64,000 bases of DNA from Lytechinus pictus (Eukaryota): positions 17,114,001 through 17,178,000 of the forward strand of contig NC_087245.1 of NCBI RefSeq assembly GCF_037042905.1, given 5' to 3'. Shown here one piece after another: positions 29,001 through 42,000 of this stretch. Numbering within the stretch: the stretch's first letter is position 1; each line of letters opens with the position of its first letter. Below the pieces are notes generated by a model. The model made no database searches. It saw nothing but the letters and a program-made list of their open reading frames with translations, and was not told the origin of the DNA. The position numbers were made by a program, and so were the translations under genes.

Positions 29001-32000
29001 GAATGTTCGAACTTGAGGCCTTTAAAAATCATACAGGCATTTTATATACATAACTGAAAGAGGGAGCTAAATATCATAGAAAGCACAATTTCAATTTTCA
29101 CAAAGAATCATCGTCTTGAATACATTGATTTATCCCTCTTGATTTGTAATTATGAAGAACAATATATTTTCCTTGCCTTTAATCCGGCAAGCTGTACATT
29201 CCATTTCATTATGTCCCTGTAAAGGGATAGACGCTGGGACCAGACGTTTGATTCCTTCGGGATTTCGTGTTTGTCTGGAAAACGGAATATGTTTGCCATA
29301 AAGTCAGTAGCATTGCAAACACGGTACGTTTATCATTAAATAGAATCGCTTTTTATTTTGAATTTCAATTTTCATGCCAAGTGGTAACGATTTATAGTTT
29401 CTTCCACCCCCACCCTCATCGTATTTGACCTCAATTTTTATTTTTTTTTATTGAAAGTGGAAGGAGCTAGGAGTGAGCATCTAAACAAAGTGGTTAACGA
29501 ATTGAAGTTGCAGCTTCTTCTTGAATCTAGTGCTTGCATCTTTTATTCTATTTATTAAATGAAAAAATACCAAGACAAGATGTGATGAATGAAAATGAGC
29601 CATATTTAGCGTGAAGGCCCACCTTAATCATACGAAAGAAAATTGTACACTTCCTTCAATTGCGTGCTTGAAACCCAACAAATCTTGACGGGATATTTGA
29701 ATAGATTTTTCTTTCATGGTCCTAGCTAACATGGAAAATGAATTGGTATTTTGCGTCCAATTATCTCTATGTGTGCCCTCTATACGAAATAAAAAGGAAT
29801 TTATTCAAGTGGACATTTTGACTAACAATGGATGGATATGCGAAGATTCCCTGATCAAAGTCATTCCCACGTGAAAAAAATCATCACAGCCCCCCCCCCC
29901 CCTTCTTAAGAAAACCCTCTCTGTTCAGTGTCTCCTGAATAAATTATTTCATGTCTTCCATAATTTTTTTTTTTTGGGGGGGGGTTGGGGCTTACTATGT
30001 TGACTATAGTCAGGGATAAAGAAGAAAAATTCTCACGTAAAAGATCCTTCTTACGTTGTGAATGGCTGACCACATCAAGATCTATGCATTTTGAAGTACT
30101 ATCAAACTAAAAAACAATCTCAATTCGTATTTTCAATATCGCACCGAATTACTGAAGTTCTCAATGAAATCTGAATTGTAAATGAAGACATTCAACCAGA
30201 AAATATTCATTTCATATTTTCCCACGTAACCTCTCTTTATCGTTGCCCCATTCTTCATGAAGTTTGTCCATTGAATAATGGAAAATATATTTCATTATGG
30301 TTTTGTCTCATCCGAGCGAGAACAAATGAACTCTCCTTTTTTCACAGTCAGAGTCCAATGAAATATATTGTACGGTAATAAACCCTCACAATATATATTC
30401 ATGGGGATCAGAGTGTGAGAGAGAATTTGGGACCGAATATAAAAATGGGAGTAGATTAGAAATATATGCATGTATAATACTATGCTCTCTGCAAGCATAC
30501 CCCAGGAGGGAAGGGGGCACCCTGACATAATTTATTATTTTTTTCCATTGCTTGTCACAAATTTTTTGACAGGTAAATGTTTCTGATAATGGTAGTGACT
30601 TTGATTTGCTGTTGTTAATTATTGTTACTTGCGAGCCATGCCCCCCCCCCCTTCTCCGGAGAGTTTTTCTATTACGTCACTGAGGGTATGCTTGCTCCCA
30701 CTGTTATATCATGGACATGGTTATATGCTCTAAACAATGCTCCCATCACCCTCCATGCACAATGGTGCTGACATTTTCAAGTGATGAAAAAATATGACAT
30801 TCATCAAGCTCATGGCAATGTTTCCTGCAAGTGAAGCATTATAGAGGCGTTTTTATGTCCTACGTACTTGGAGCTGTCGGGGGAGTGTGATAAATTGATA
30901 TTCTATCCCTTACCCTGACCGTATTCTTTACAAATGAATACATATTTCATAACATATCTATTACATTTTCGTAAGCCTCAAGGTCAATTGCACGCACTGA
31001 CCTTGAACGCAATGGGGGATGCAACGACACCCCGCTATCATAACTAATCACTATTTTATGATATGAATGATCTTCCAAACATACATCGCAAGTGGTAATA
31101 TCATTATGATTTATCGTGTATTCTAACATGAGTGACGAGAGCAAGGGAGCCTGTAGTTCACGTCTAGGAGGTACTCAATCACCCATTAACGGTCGACATT
31201 TTAAAAAGCCTGGTATTCGGTTTATAATTGTGTAATGACTTCGTAAGCCCCCACCTGCAGCGAACGGGCTTTCCTTTCCATACCCTATTACCCTTTCAAG
31301 TCGTAATTTAATATTTGTCAAAGTTTTCATATATTTTTGTTTCATATTTTAGGTAAACTTGCTATAAATTAATTTTGTCAATTTATTGCGCTTGAAGAAA
31401 ATCATTCATGTTCAGACTCTTTTTCATTAGATGTTAAAAAAATATTTCTCTTACTCAAATACGTATTTCTGATTTTAACATGTTTAAGAGAATTTCACTA
31501 GAAAGCCTTGAACGAGACAACCCTACAAACTTCATATTATCATAAATTGTTTTCCTGAATGTGCACCTTTTCTTACAATCGCATTGCCGAAAGCGCGCAT
31601 GCAGAAGAACATAGGAGTATACCTAGCATATTCACTCGAAGTAGACGTATATATCAAAAAGGGGATCTATATATTCAGCATTTTCTTTTTATTTCCTTTT
31701 ATCTTTCACAGATCCAGTGTCTAATACTAGTAACCACGAAGATAAAAGGTAAGTTAGTTTTAATTATACCTCTTTTCCTTTAATGTCTTTGGTTAAATGT
31801 ACTTCTCTACAAACATGGACTTACTAGTAGTAGGTCCATGCTATAACTTAACCATGAAACGATTCATCCTATTTTCTCTATCTTGTTAAATCCAGTCCTG
31901 CCATTTTCTTCAGTTCTTTGTTCTCACCTGACTTACCGGTGCTATGTTCTCTTTGTACTAATATTGTTCGTTTTTATTTCATTATGATGTGTTCTTTATA

Positions 32001-35000
32001 TGTCCATGCTGTTATTTCATTTGTTTAAAAAAATTTAAGCGTTTAAAATTTAACTTCAACCGTAGTTGTTTTCGATATAATAGTTGAGGATATAGTCTGT
32101 TGAAACATATAATTGAACATTTTTTGTGTGATTTCGTACTTAAATCCGGTGATTTGACTAAGATTTTGTGCACATCCAAATGAGTCATAGCTACATGAAT
32201 GTGAGAAACACCTTTGTTATCCATGGCCGCAGACAGTTGATAAATGGGTTCGGGGATTCGTCAACTCGAGGCTGAATCCGTTATCAAAGATTTCCTATTT
32301 AGTTCTATTTCTTACCCCCTTAAAACTGTGGTAATTGTGAGTTGAATAATCAAATACACATAAAAACATGATACATGTGAAGGGTATTAGGGATTAGCAC
32401 TGTTACACATCATGCAAATATTTAAGTAAACTGCGAAATTCTCAAAATATGTGTAATCATGTCTTTATGTGTTTTATGAGATAAAGCTATTAATGAGCAA
32501 TGACTCGCGGTGGATTTGATCAAACTTCACCATCTTGGTTGGTGACTGGTAATATAGCAGCATCTTCCTAAAGAGGTTCAAGAATCTTACAATAAATGGA
32601 TTAATTGCCAAGTTCATTTGCTACTATTTTAATCGTAATGATATGGACATAATAAGTTTAATAACCAAGCTCATTTGTTAGAACGAAATGAGATGAATAT
32701 GATGAATCTTTAGGGCCAATCCCTTCAGAATAATCTCCTCCTATACGAAGAACGGGAAACGTACCCGATCTGGGAAATATTTAAAGGTCAAATCCACCCC
32801 AGCAAAATGTTGATTTGAATAAATAGAGAAAAATCAAACTAGCATAACACTGAAAATTTCATCAAAATTGGACGTAAAAGAAGAAAGTTATGGCATTTTA
32901 TAGTTTCGCTTATTTTTCACAAAACAGTGATATGCACAACTCAGTGACATGCAAATGAGTCAGTCGATGATGTCCATCACTCACTATTTCTTTTTTTTAT
33001 TGTTTGAATTATACAATATTTCAATTTTGACAGATATGACCATAGGGACCGACTTGACTGAATCATATAGTATTAAGCAATGCTAATATCACATGTTCAG
33101 GGAGGAATTGATCACTGTTTCACTTGACAAGGAGGTGAATATTAGAATATTTCTTATAATAAAATACAAAAGAAATAGTAAGTGGATGACATCATCAGTC
33201 TCCTCATTTGCATACCAACCAGGATGTGCATATAACTGTTTTGTGAATTTAAGTGAAACTTTTAAATGTCATAACTTTCTTATTTTAAATCCGATTTTGA
33301 TGAAATTTTCAGTGTTATGCTTGTTGGATTTTTCTCTTTTTAATCAAAACAGTTTTTTTGTTGGAGGTGGACTTGTCCTTTAACTACAGGTTTTTTCAAG
33401 TTTGAAGTTTAAACTTTACTTGGGGAAATACATGCTTGATTATAGCACTCTCATATTTCACATGGTCAACAAAACTCCTTGAATCAAATGTCTTTCAAAT
33501 TGGGTGTATGGCCGCACTCATTGTGAAAAAAATCGCAAATATAACAAAGAGAGTTAAAAAATCTTCCGTTTGGATTCTGAGCAGTAGCCCTTCCAAGGAA
33601 AATGATATATAAGTGATCCCTATGGCCATGGTCAAATACTTGGAAATACGTTTGTATGGGAACACAAGATGAATTTAGTTTCACTTTCGGAATCGGTCAA
33701 TTATATTTTCTTCGAAGTTTTTTCATACATCACCAGGTTGCGCACTTTCTTTAATTTTATATGCAATAAATAATTTCAAGTTTAACGACCCAAACTTGTT
33801 CTGTTACCACACAGCTCAAGGCATTCGAACCTATACATGAGCCAGTTACTATCGTATACGATTACCTTTGAAGTGATAAAATCTCTAATTTCAATCCTGA
33901 CTTTGACCCAACTCTAACCTTTCTGTCGCATTAGAACTCAGTTAGGACGCCAAACCATGCCCTTAAATATATCTGTATCGTATTTTACGAGAAACAGCAT
34001 CATCTCCGGAAAGAGGTGAACACTGGTGAATATCATCATGAATAACTGCCGGAAGCAGATTTACTTGACAAGTTAGTCCTGAGCACCATAATCTATGTTC
34101 TGAGAACATTTGTTCTCTCATTCGAGTCATTTAATTTTGTTTTTTTATTTCTGTAAAATCCTTGTTGTATTTTTTTGCGGGGGAGGGGTGGGGGCGCAAA
34201 ATATATCAGTCATCCAATATCCGAACATCACAGAAAAACAATTAGGCCTATCTATAGTGCCATCCATTTGCGGAAAATTGACATAAAAAAGATAAATTTC
34301 AACTTCAATAAAGGACACTTTTACGTTTTACTCATAAAATCATCGGTTGATGAAGTATCAGATGAGAAATCCATTAAGCCAATATTTGATATTTGGAACA
34401 CGTAGAACATCATTCATACACCCTTTAACTCAAATATGGTAATTTTTATCCGAATTTATTCATTGCTGGGGCTCTCTTTTGATATCGATTTTTCTCTCGA
34501 ATGAGAGAGCAAATGTTCTCAGAACATAGGGACGGTATTCATAAGGGCATCAGTATACCTGTCGGCAACAAAGAAAAACAGTAGATTGCCTCTAACCACG
34601 GACAAGGTCAATGCTTAACAATCATTACAAGTCAATTATCATACCAATCAATAAATCTTTATCCTATATTCATTCACTGTGAGATATCGTCCTCAGCCAG
34701 GCCCCATCATATCCGTAGAGACACTTATTTTACAAGCGCTTCGCGCAACTCTGAGCAGGGGTAGCGCTTTTGCTGCCAAACATGCAAATAGATTATTGTT
34801 TCTCATCGGAATGAGCATGGATCTGTAGTAGGTCCATGGAATAAGGAATCCAATCATAGCTCGGAAGGTTGTGTTATTCAGATATGGTTGTTGGAAATGT
34901 AGGGCTTCATCGAGGTTATATCGTATATCTTTATTATTTGATAAAGGTATATTATTTTGTTTCGAATCTCTAGACGTTTCACGATAAGCCTTGATAACCG

Positions 35001-35955
35001 CGAAAACAAAAGTTGTAAAGACTTCATTGTAAACTATTGTAAACTAGGGTTTTGACCAAAAGCAGTATAGAATCCAGCAGCTATTAATTAAAGAATAAAT
35101 AATTCTTACATTTGTCAACATGGTCGGAGTTACGATGTTGATGATGAACAATATAATCCAGAGGTCGTCACAATACTAACATAATTACCTGATGTGTTGT
35201 ACGGAACTTGCAACATTACTATTTCCAACTAAGTCTTTTCTCCGCAAGCACCCTAGATGCAAATTTATATAATATAAAGGTAACTCTAGTCTTAATTGAA
35301 TTTTAAAGTCTGACATGTCTGATGATGCCTCACAATTTACTGTGCAAAATCATCAGTAATGATTGACACAATTTTTTCCCCCTAATATTTACATGAAATA
35401 TACAAAATATCAAATAATATTTATCATATTTTTTTGCCAAGAAAAAGTAGTCCGTGCAATATGTTGGCATCGTCCTTGCCCCGATGGGTATATTCTTCTC
35501 GTTCAAGAAAAGAACCTCTTGGTCTTCATGATTGTAGACCGCACAACGTCAGAACGTCGTCAGTTTTAATATCGAGGGGCGTTTGAGTCATAATTTATGA
35601 ATTCTGTCATTTCCAAAACATATCATCGCGCGGAAAGTTGTTTTTATTGCTCAAATAGTTGTCACGCTACAGTGCTCTAATCACAGTGCGATATTAAACA
35701 GATAGGCGAGTGCCATCGACTCGTCTGGCGTTTGCTGGATTTACGAATTTTGACTCTTCATTATTAGGCCACACAAATCTATACTGACAGCACTATATAT
35801 CTGTGCTACGACTCTACTATTCCTAACAGGCACGAATCCGGGAGGCGAGCGGGACTCATTTTTGTTTCCTTTCCTTTTTTGTGGGGGGCATAAGATTGTC
35901 CAACTTCCTCTTCCCTCCACCCCCCCTTCTCCCTCTCTCGCTCTTCCCCCCCACC

Positions 35956-36000
<45 letters not shown>

Positions 36001-39000
36001 AATGAACATAGGGCCAATTCCTACACCAACGGGGTGATTAATAGGAGAGCGGGGTCTTTTTTGACCAACTCTGCTGTATCAGGCAATCGCCGAACAAAAT
36101 AATATACGTCTTGCTGTGACTAACTGTAACCATGGTGACCAGACTTACCACAATCTTTCCAGGTACTTTGAATACGATGTGTATACATACATTTTTATAA
36201 CTCATCAATTCAGTTTCCTTCGAATGGATATCATTTTGTCAGGGTGTTCGTTATTATTCAAAAGGGGTGAATCTATGAACCTCTGAACCCCCGTCTTTCG
36301 TCATGACACGAGTTCTTGTATTCGTCTGTTGTTCCCAGGAGCTGTCATGTCAAACTTAATTGCTCTTATCAGAATCTCAAGACAATAGACAGCGGAATAA
36401 CCGCATTAAAAATATGAATAATAACACAGACAGCGTGATTGTATAGGACTGTATACTGTCTGTATGTAATGGATGTATTTGAGTTTTCTAAAGAACGAAT
36501 GCTAGATAATGTCGTTTGGTACCGTAAAGGAAGATAATATTTTGAAAGATAATTTTATAAAGGTATCCGCCCATTTCGTTTTAATTATTAGCCACATCCT
36601 TTTTGATATTATTGAAGAAAACAAATCTAAGTTGGATGGGGTTCTGCACATACAGAATTACATTGGATAATCAGACAAGACTTGTGTAAGAAGGTCTTAA
36701 CTTTTCCTTGGGTTTTTTTCATGTTGTGAAACATTTTTATTATTAAATTAGAAAACATGGCCAACTAAATAGCCATATCAACCATTGAAGATGAAATGGA
36801 CATTTGCCGCCAAACTTGAAAAAAGTGAAAGTGTCATCGAAAAAATACAAGTCAGATAATAATTGATAAATACAATTAAAGTCGTGATTTAAACATTTCG
36901 GTGTTTTAATTATGTTGTATGTTTAAAGGGGGTATTCAGCAGGTTCAGTGAGTCCAGAATTGTGATGACGCGTGTTAAGACTGATAACCTGAAATATCTT
37001 CCTCGTGTTCATACCCGATATATACCTTGAACATAAATAGATCAAAATCAGATAGCCTACCTCATATTGAATGGTGTTAATACTCCTTTGTCATGTTTGT
37101 GACAGATTATCATTTGACTGCCATTCTGCTTCACTTCTTCTTTTGAACTTTCTTGGCTCAGTGTTTCCTTCCAGATCACGATGTCCAGTGGTTTCCATTT
37201 GTTTGACCAGGTCAAATCAATATTTATTTTCCCCAATGATAAATTACACACAAACATCAAGGAATGACACTATGACCATTGGTGGTCGCAGATTGAAAGC
37301 GATAAGTTTCTATATTGGTTACACGAGTAGTGTTAATGAATCTGTCTGTTTGAGAATAACTGCTGGATATTTAAACTGTCATAATCAATTTAATCAATCT
37401 ATACGCTGTTTAAAATATGTACCTATTCATTGTTAGTTAAACAATAATTACATTTAAAATGAATTTAAGACTTGTTTAATTAACCAAGTTAGAGGTTCCT
37501 ATTTTAACCATCCTGTTGGATGGTTAAAAATTATTCTAAGAGTGTATCTTGATTTTATCTTGAAATCTTTGACATTTTTCATACATGCTTGTGAAGTTGT
37601 GATGGTTTACATGAATACAATTTTTTGGTCGTTTTGTCATTTTGAAATTAATTACCCGTATTGTTGGATTCATATTTCATCGTTCGTATGGTTTACCCAA
37701 ACTTTGTTATATGATACTTTGTGACAACCTGTGACAATACGATCCGAAATAAAACTTTGATGGGGACGAACAGACTTGAAGTAAAGGCGTCAGTCTATAG
37801 TGAAGCGACTTGCATATGGCTTTGCCTTGATTAATTGCATATATATAATTTGTAATCAAGGAATTCATTTAATTCTAAAGTACATGTAGTTTGGCGTAGA
37901 TTAACTCGGAAACCATTCGTTCAATCCTGGGAAATCGTTCAACATTTTTTTTTCATTCGAGTTGCTTGACGATCCAAGGTATATGGAAACTACTCATCAT
38001 TGCATCTCGTAATTCTCATTTTGATGACGTTGTACGTCTGTTTCTAAGAAGTTCCTTTTGTCCATCCTGTACTTACACGTCAAATGTGATCGATGCGTGC
38101 GGGATGTTATGAATCGCCCTCAGAATGCAATGTCAGTAATATATTACACAAGTCAATGAGATGTAGTTTTAATTTGAAAAATCCCAAATACATAAACCAT
38201 ACCCCCAATATGAAAGGTGAAAGTACGGGTCGTGTGTTCGTTGCGATGGTAAAGTGCAAGTTGTGTATTCTATCGAGACACATTGTTCAGTAGATTTTGA
38301 ACTAGAAATGAGGAATATGCTACAGAACATTTAAGCATTTTTAAAGGCAATCAGAATTAAAAATATCGACAGAGTGATAAGAAAGGAAAGAATATTGATG
38401 TCGCAAGGATTATATTCAATAAAGAAATACAAAGAGAGAAGAGGTGATACTGAAGTGGTTTGATGTTACGTAACGCATTGGAAAGAACGACTGTTTTGAA
38501 TTATAAGTGGATTGAAGAAGTGGAGTTCTTTGTTACAGTGACGTCAATTGACAAACACCCGACATTTGTAAGTCATTAAACGTAAAGATTTGCAAAAATA
38601 GGAAATTAGTGAATCATTTCGTCAAAAAGTAAAACAGAGCTTTTAACAACAGGATCTAGAAATCATTGCGGCCAGTTTGTGAAACTTCAAATGATACAAT
38701 GTCTTTTGTTGAACTCAGAGCTTTTTCTTTTATACATTTCTCCTTTGTAATTACCATATCCAACCTATAAACCCACGCGTTAGAAATTCAGAAAAATTAG
38801 TCCTTATCATTTAAAGATGTTTCTTGTTCACGACCATTCTAAGATAAGGAATAATCTTGTATGTTTTCACATTTGTTCCTGCCTGTCTGCATTGGGTTTT
38901 TTAAAGATACATAAAATATCGACGTTATACTTCATTCTATGCTAGGGGCCTTGGAACAGTTTTGAAAGGGGGAGGCTTACCATGTTATAAACACAGAAAA

Positions 39001-42000
39001 AAAATGTCATTGTGCGTTTTCATACACGATTGATGAAAAAATTGGGACTGGAGACCCCAGCCCCCCCCCCCCTCGGTTCCGCGCCATTTTCACAAGTCAT
39101 TCACCTATCTTGACACCATCATAAGTAAAGTTCCATGGCGAGAAGGTTTATTTGGGATCCTGCTGATGGAATGAAGCTATAAAGAAAATGAAATTCCATT
39201 CGACAACGAAAGTGACTTTTTTAGACTTCTCGTTTATTTCAATCCAATACCGATTCGAAACGATTCATGTGATTTAGGATCGTATTACATATCGGTTGAT
39301 GTTATATTTGATGTCGTTGTCATGGTTACTGAGATGTTTTATCTCCTGCCGTTTAAGCTAGAGGGTATTGGTATCGCAGGTGGGACGGGGATCCCTGATA
39401 TCTATACAATGTCTCTTCTTTTAACCTGACTTGAAGGCATTCGAGGACAAAGAAAGCCGATAATATTATTTTAACCTGGTCCCCATGGAAGAAGAGTGCC
39501 GAGGTGAAGAGCACTTCATTGATGACGTCCATGCTTCTATCTCAATCTTGGCCTGTTGTAACCAATTTTTCATGAATATTAAGTAAACATTTGGTAGCCC
39601 TTTGTAGATTTCTTTAAAAAATTCATTGAATGAATATTACCAAATTATCATCAAATGGTCATTCCACACAAAAGAATAAAACTGTTTCCTTTATAGAATA
39701 TTTAACCCCTTCATATTCCAGGATAGATATATCTGAACCGAAAGTAATTTTCATTCTCCGATTCGAATGTTTGTATAAATGTGATAGACCGATGCCTGCT
39801 TCAAACCATTGCAATGTTATATGTTATCAGAGCAGCATGACATTGTCACTTTCACATTTATCATGTCAAAGCGTGTGATTGTTCACATGATTGTAATGAC
39901 ATTGATAAGTGACAACGAAAATACTGAATTCAAAGTTTATTTGAAATGTGTTTTATATCCCAGTCCTAAACCACAGTGGAGTGTGAAGGAGGGGTTCCAA
40001 ATTCTACAAATGTAATAAACTCAAGCAAACAGTTTATTCTATTATATGGAATGGGTATTTTTATGTATCCTCGTCCCGAACCTCAGTTGTCGGTGCGTTA
40101 CTACCAACATGACTCAAAAGCGACTCATGGTTACGGACGTCATACGATAAAAATAGCCTCTATAGACTTATTCGTTAATAATTTGTTGTCATAAAGGGTT
40201 AAAAACTTACAGATCAATGGAAAAGGAGACATTTAAATATGCCTTAGTAATTTTCTTCATGATACGTTAGTAATATTGAATATACTACATCTTACTGCTT
40301 AAGTCACACGAACAGAACAGACCCAAACCTACCGATGTATATGCCATTCGATATAACGTGCATAGCTTTGATCGTTTGGGCTTCAGTTTTGTTGCTGTGA
40401 CCGTAGCCTAAAGGACCTATCAAACACTACCGTCTCACGATATCATCTGTCTCCTTCTAAGCAGAGAAATATTATCGAACATTTTAGTCGGAAGGTGTTA
40501 GACGGCCGCTAATTCAATTTAAACATATCTCAAGTTGTAAACAGATAATGTCGTGTGTCAGTGTCTAGTTGTTGTTGTTTTTTGTTGTAAAATCAGTTGA
40601 AGAATAAATGGCAAAAGTCAATTGAATGTCATAATCGATAGCAGCATATAGTGTATATAACCGATGAATATTTTAGTTATTACACTTTCATGGAAAGTCC
40701 ATATACGCCTATAGGCTGCACGATGATTAGTTTACATAATGATTCACTGATTCCAATATGGTCGTGTGACCCCGCTAGTGACAAATTCAAACTAATTCAC
40801 AATAGTCATGGTAGTTCCTTATAATTATATCAATACATGTTTCTGTGAAAACACATGGACACTTAAAAAAATCCTCGTACAGTGTTAAGTTATCAACGTA
40901 TCAGCCTTGCTTAAAACCCAAACAAACGTCATAGTATACTTTTGACCGTGTCCTAGTAGCTATGACCTCACTCAGGTCACCCTACACCCCGGGGGCTTGG
41001 TTCCAGTACCCCTGTTATGACCCTCTTCTGATTCCTATTACCCTTCAGATCAGTGTTGTAAATAATACGGCCTGTTGGTCGATAACTGACAGGCGAATAG
41101 TAGCAGAAGAGGCGAAATGGAGATTATAGGGGGCTAATACTTTTACACTAAAACGTGTTGTTACATCCTACGAAAGAAGTTAGGGCATCGACAAATACCT
41201 TATAGCAGTGAGATGCATTTCATTTTGAGATAATCCTTTCATGACCTTCTACCTTCCAGGTGCAAGAGTGACGTCATAAGTTTTTCAAAGTAGAACGAAA
41301 GTGAACAGGAGGTTTTGCGATGTGACCCTGTTTTACCATGGACCTCCAATGTTTTACCAATCTGTCAGCTCGACACTGATATGTGTATCCGATATAACGC
41401 AAGCTTACAAACACCAATGATCCGATTGATAGATTGCTCCGAGACTGATGTTATCTGTCAATGTGAAGAACTTCTATTTTGCCCCCTGGGTCATAATGAT
41501 GGAAAATAAACTAATTAGTTATTCGAGTCGATATGAAGCAAAATATTCCCATTTCAGGTGGCATCCTCATTACTTTATTCCACTTTCCTTCCATTTAACC
41601 TTGGACATGATCGAACTAACTTAAATTAAACAGAATGTACTGGAATACGCATTTAGGTATAAAGAGGTAAAGAGGAGGAACTGGAAGGGGGTTGGAAAGA
41701 AAGGACAAAGTCAAAAAAGGGAAAAGAAAAGGGGCAGAAGGACGTGAAGAACAATTAGGTCTACATTTAGCACTAACAACAACAGCAAAAGATAAAACCT
41801 GCAACACTTATTGTCTGTTCTGTACACCCCTACCCCCTAAAAAAGGAACAATGAGCTCGTTCTCGCCCCCTTCTTTCTCTTCCGTAACCCCTCCTTTTAA
41901 TATTGTGACTTTTTGTTCTTATATTCTCTCCCCCACACACTACCTTTTTTTCTGTCGAGAGGCAATAGTTTCTATAGGCATGACACGAGACAAAACCAAC

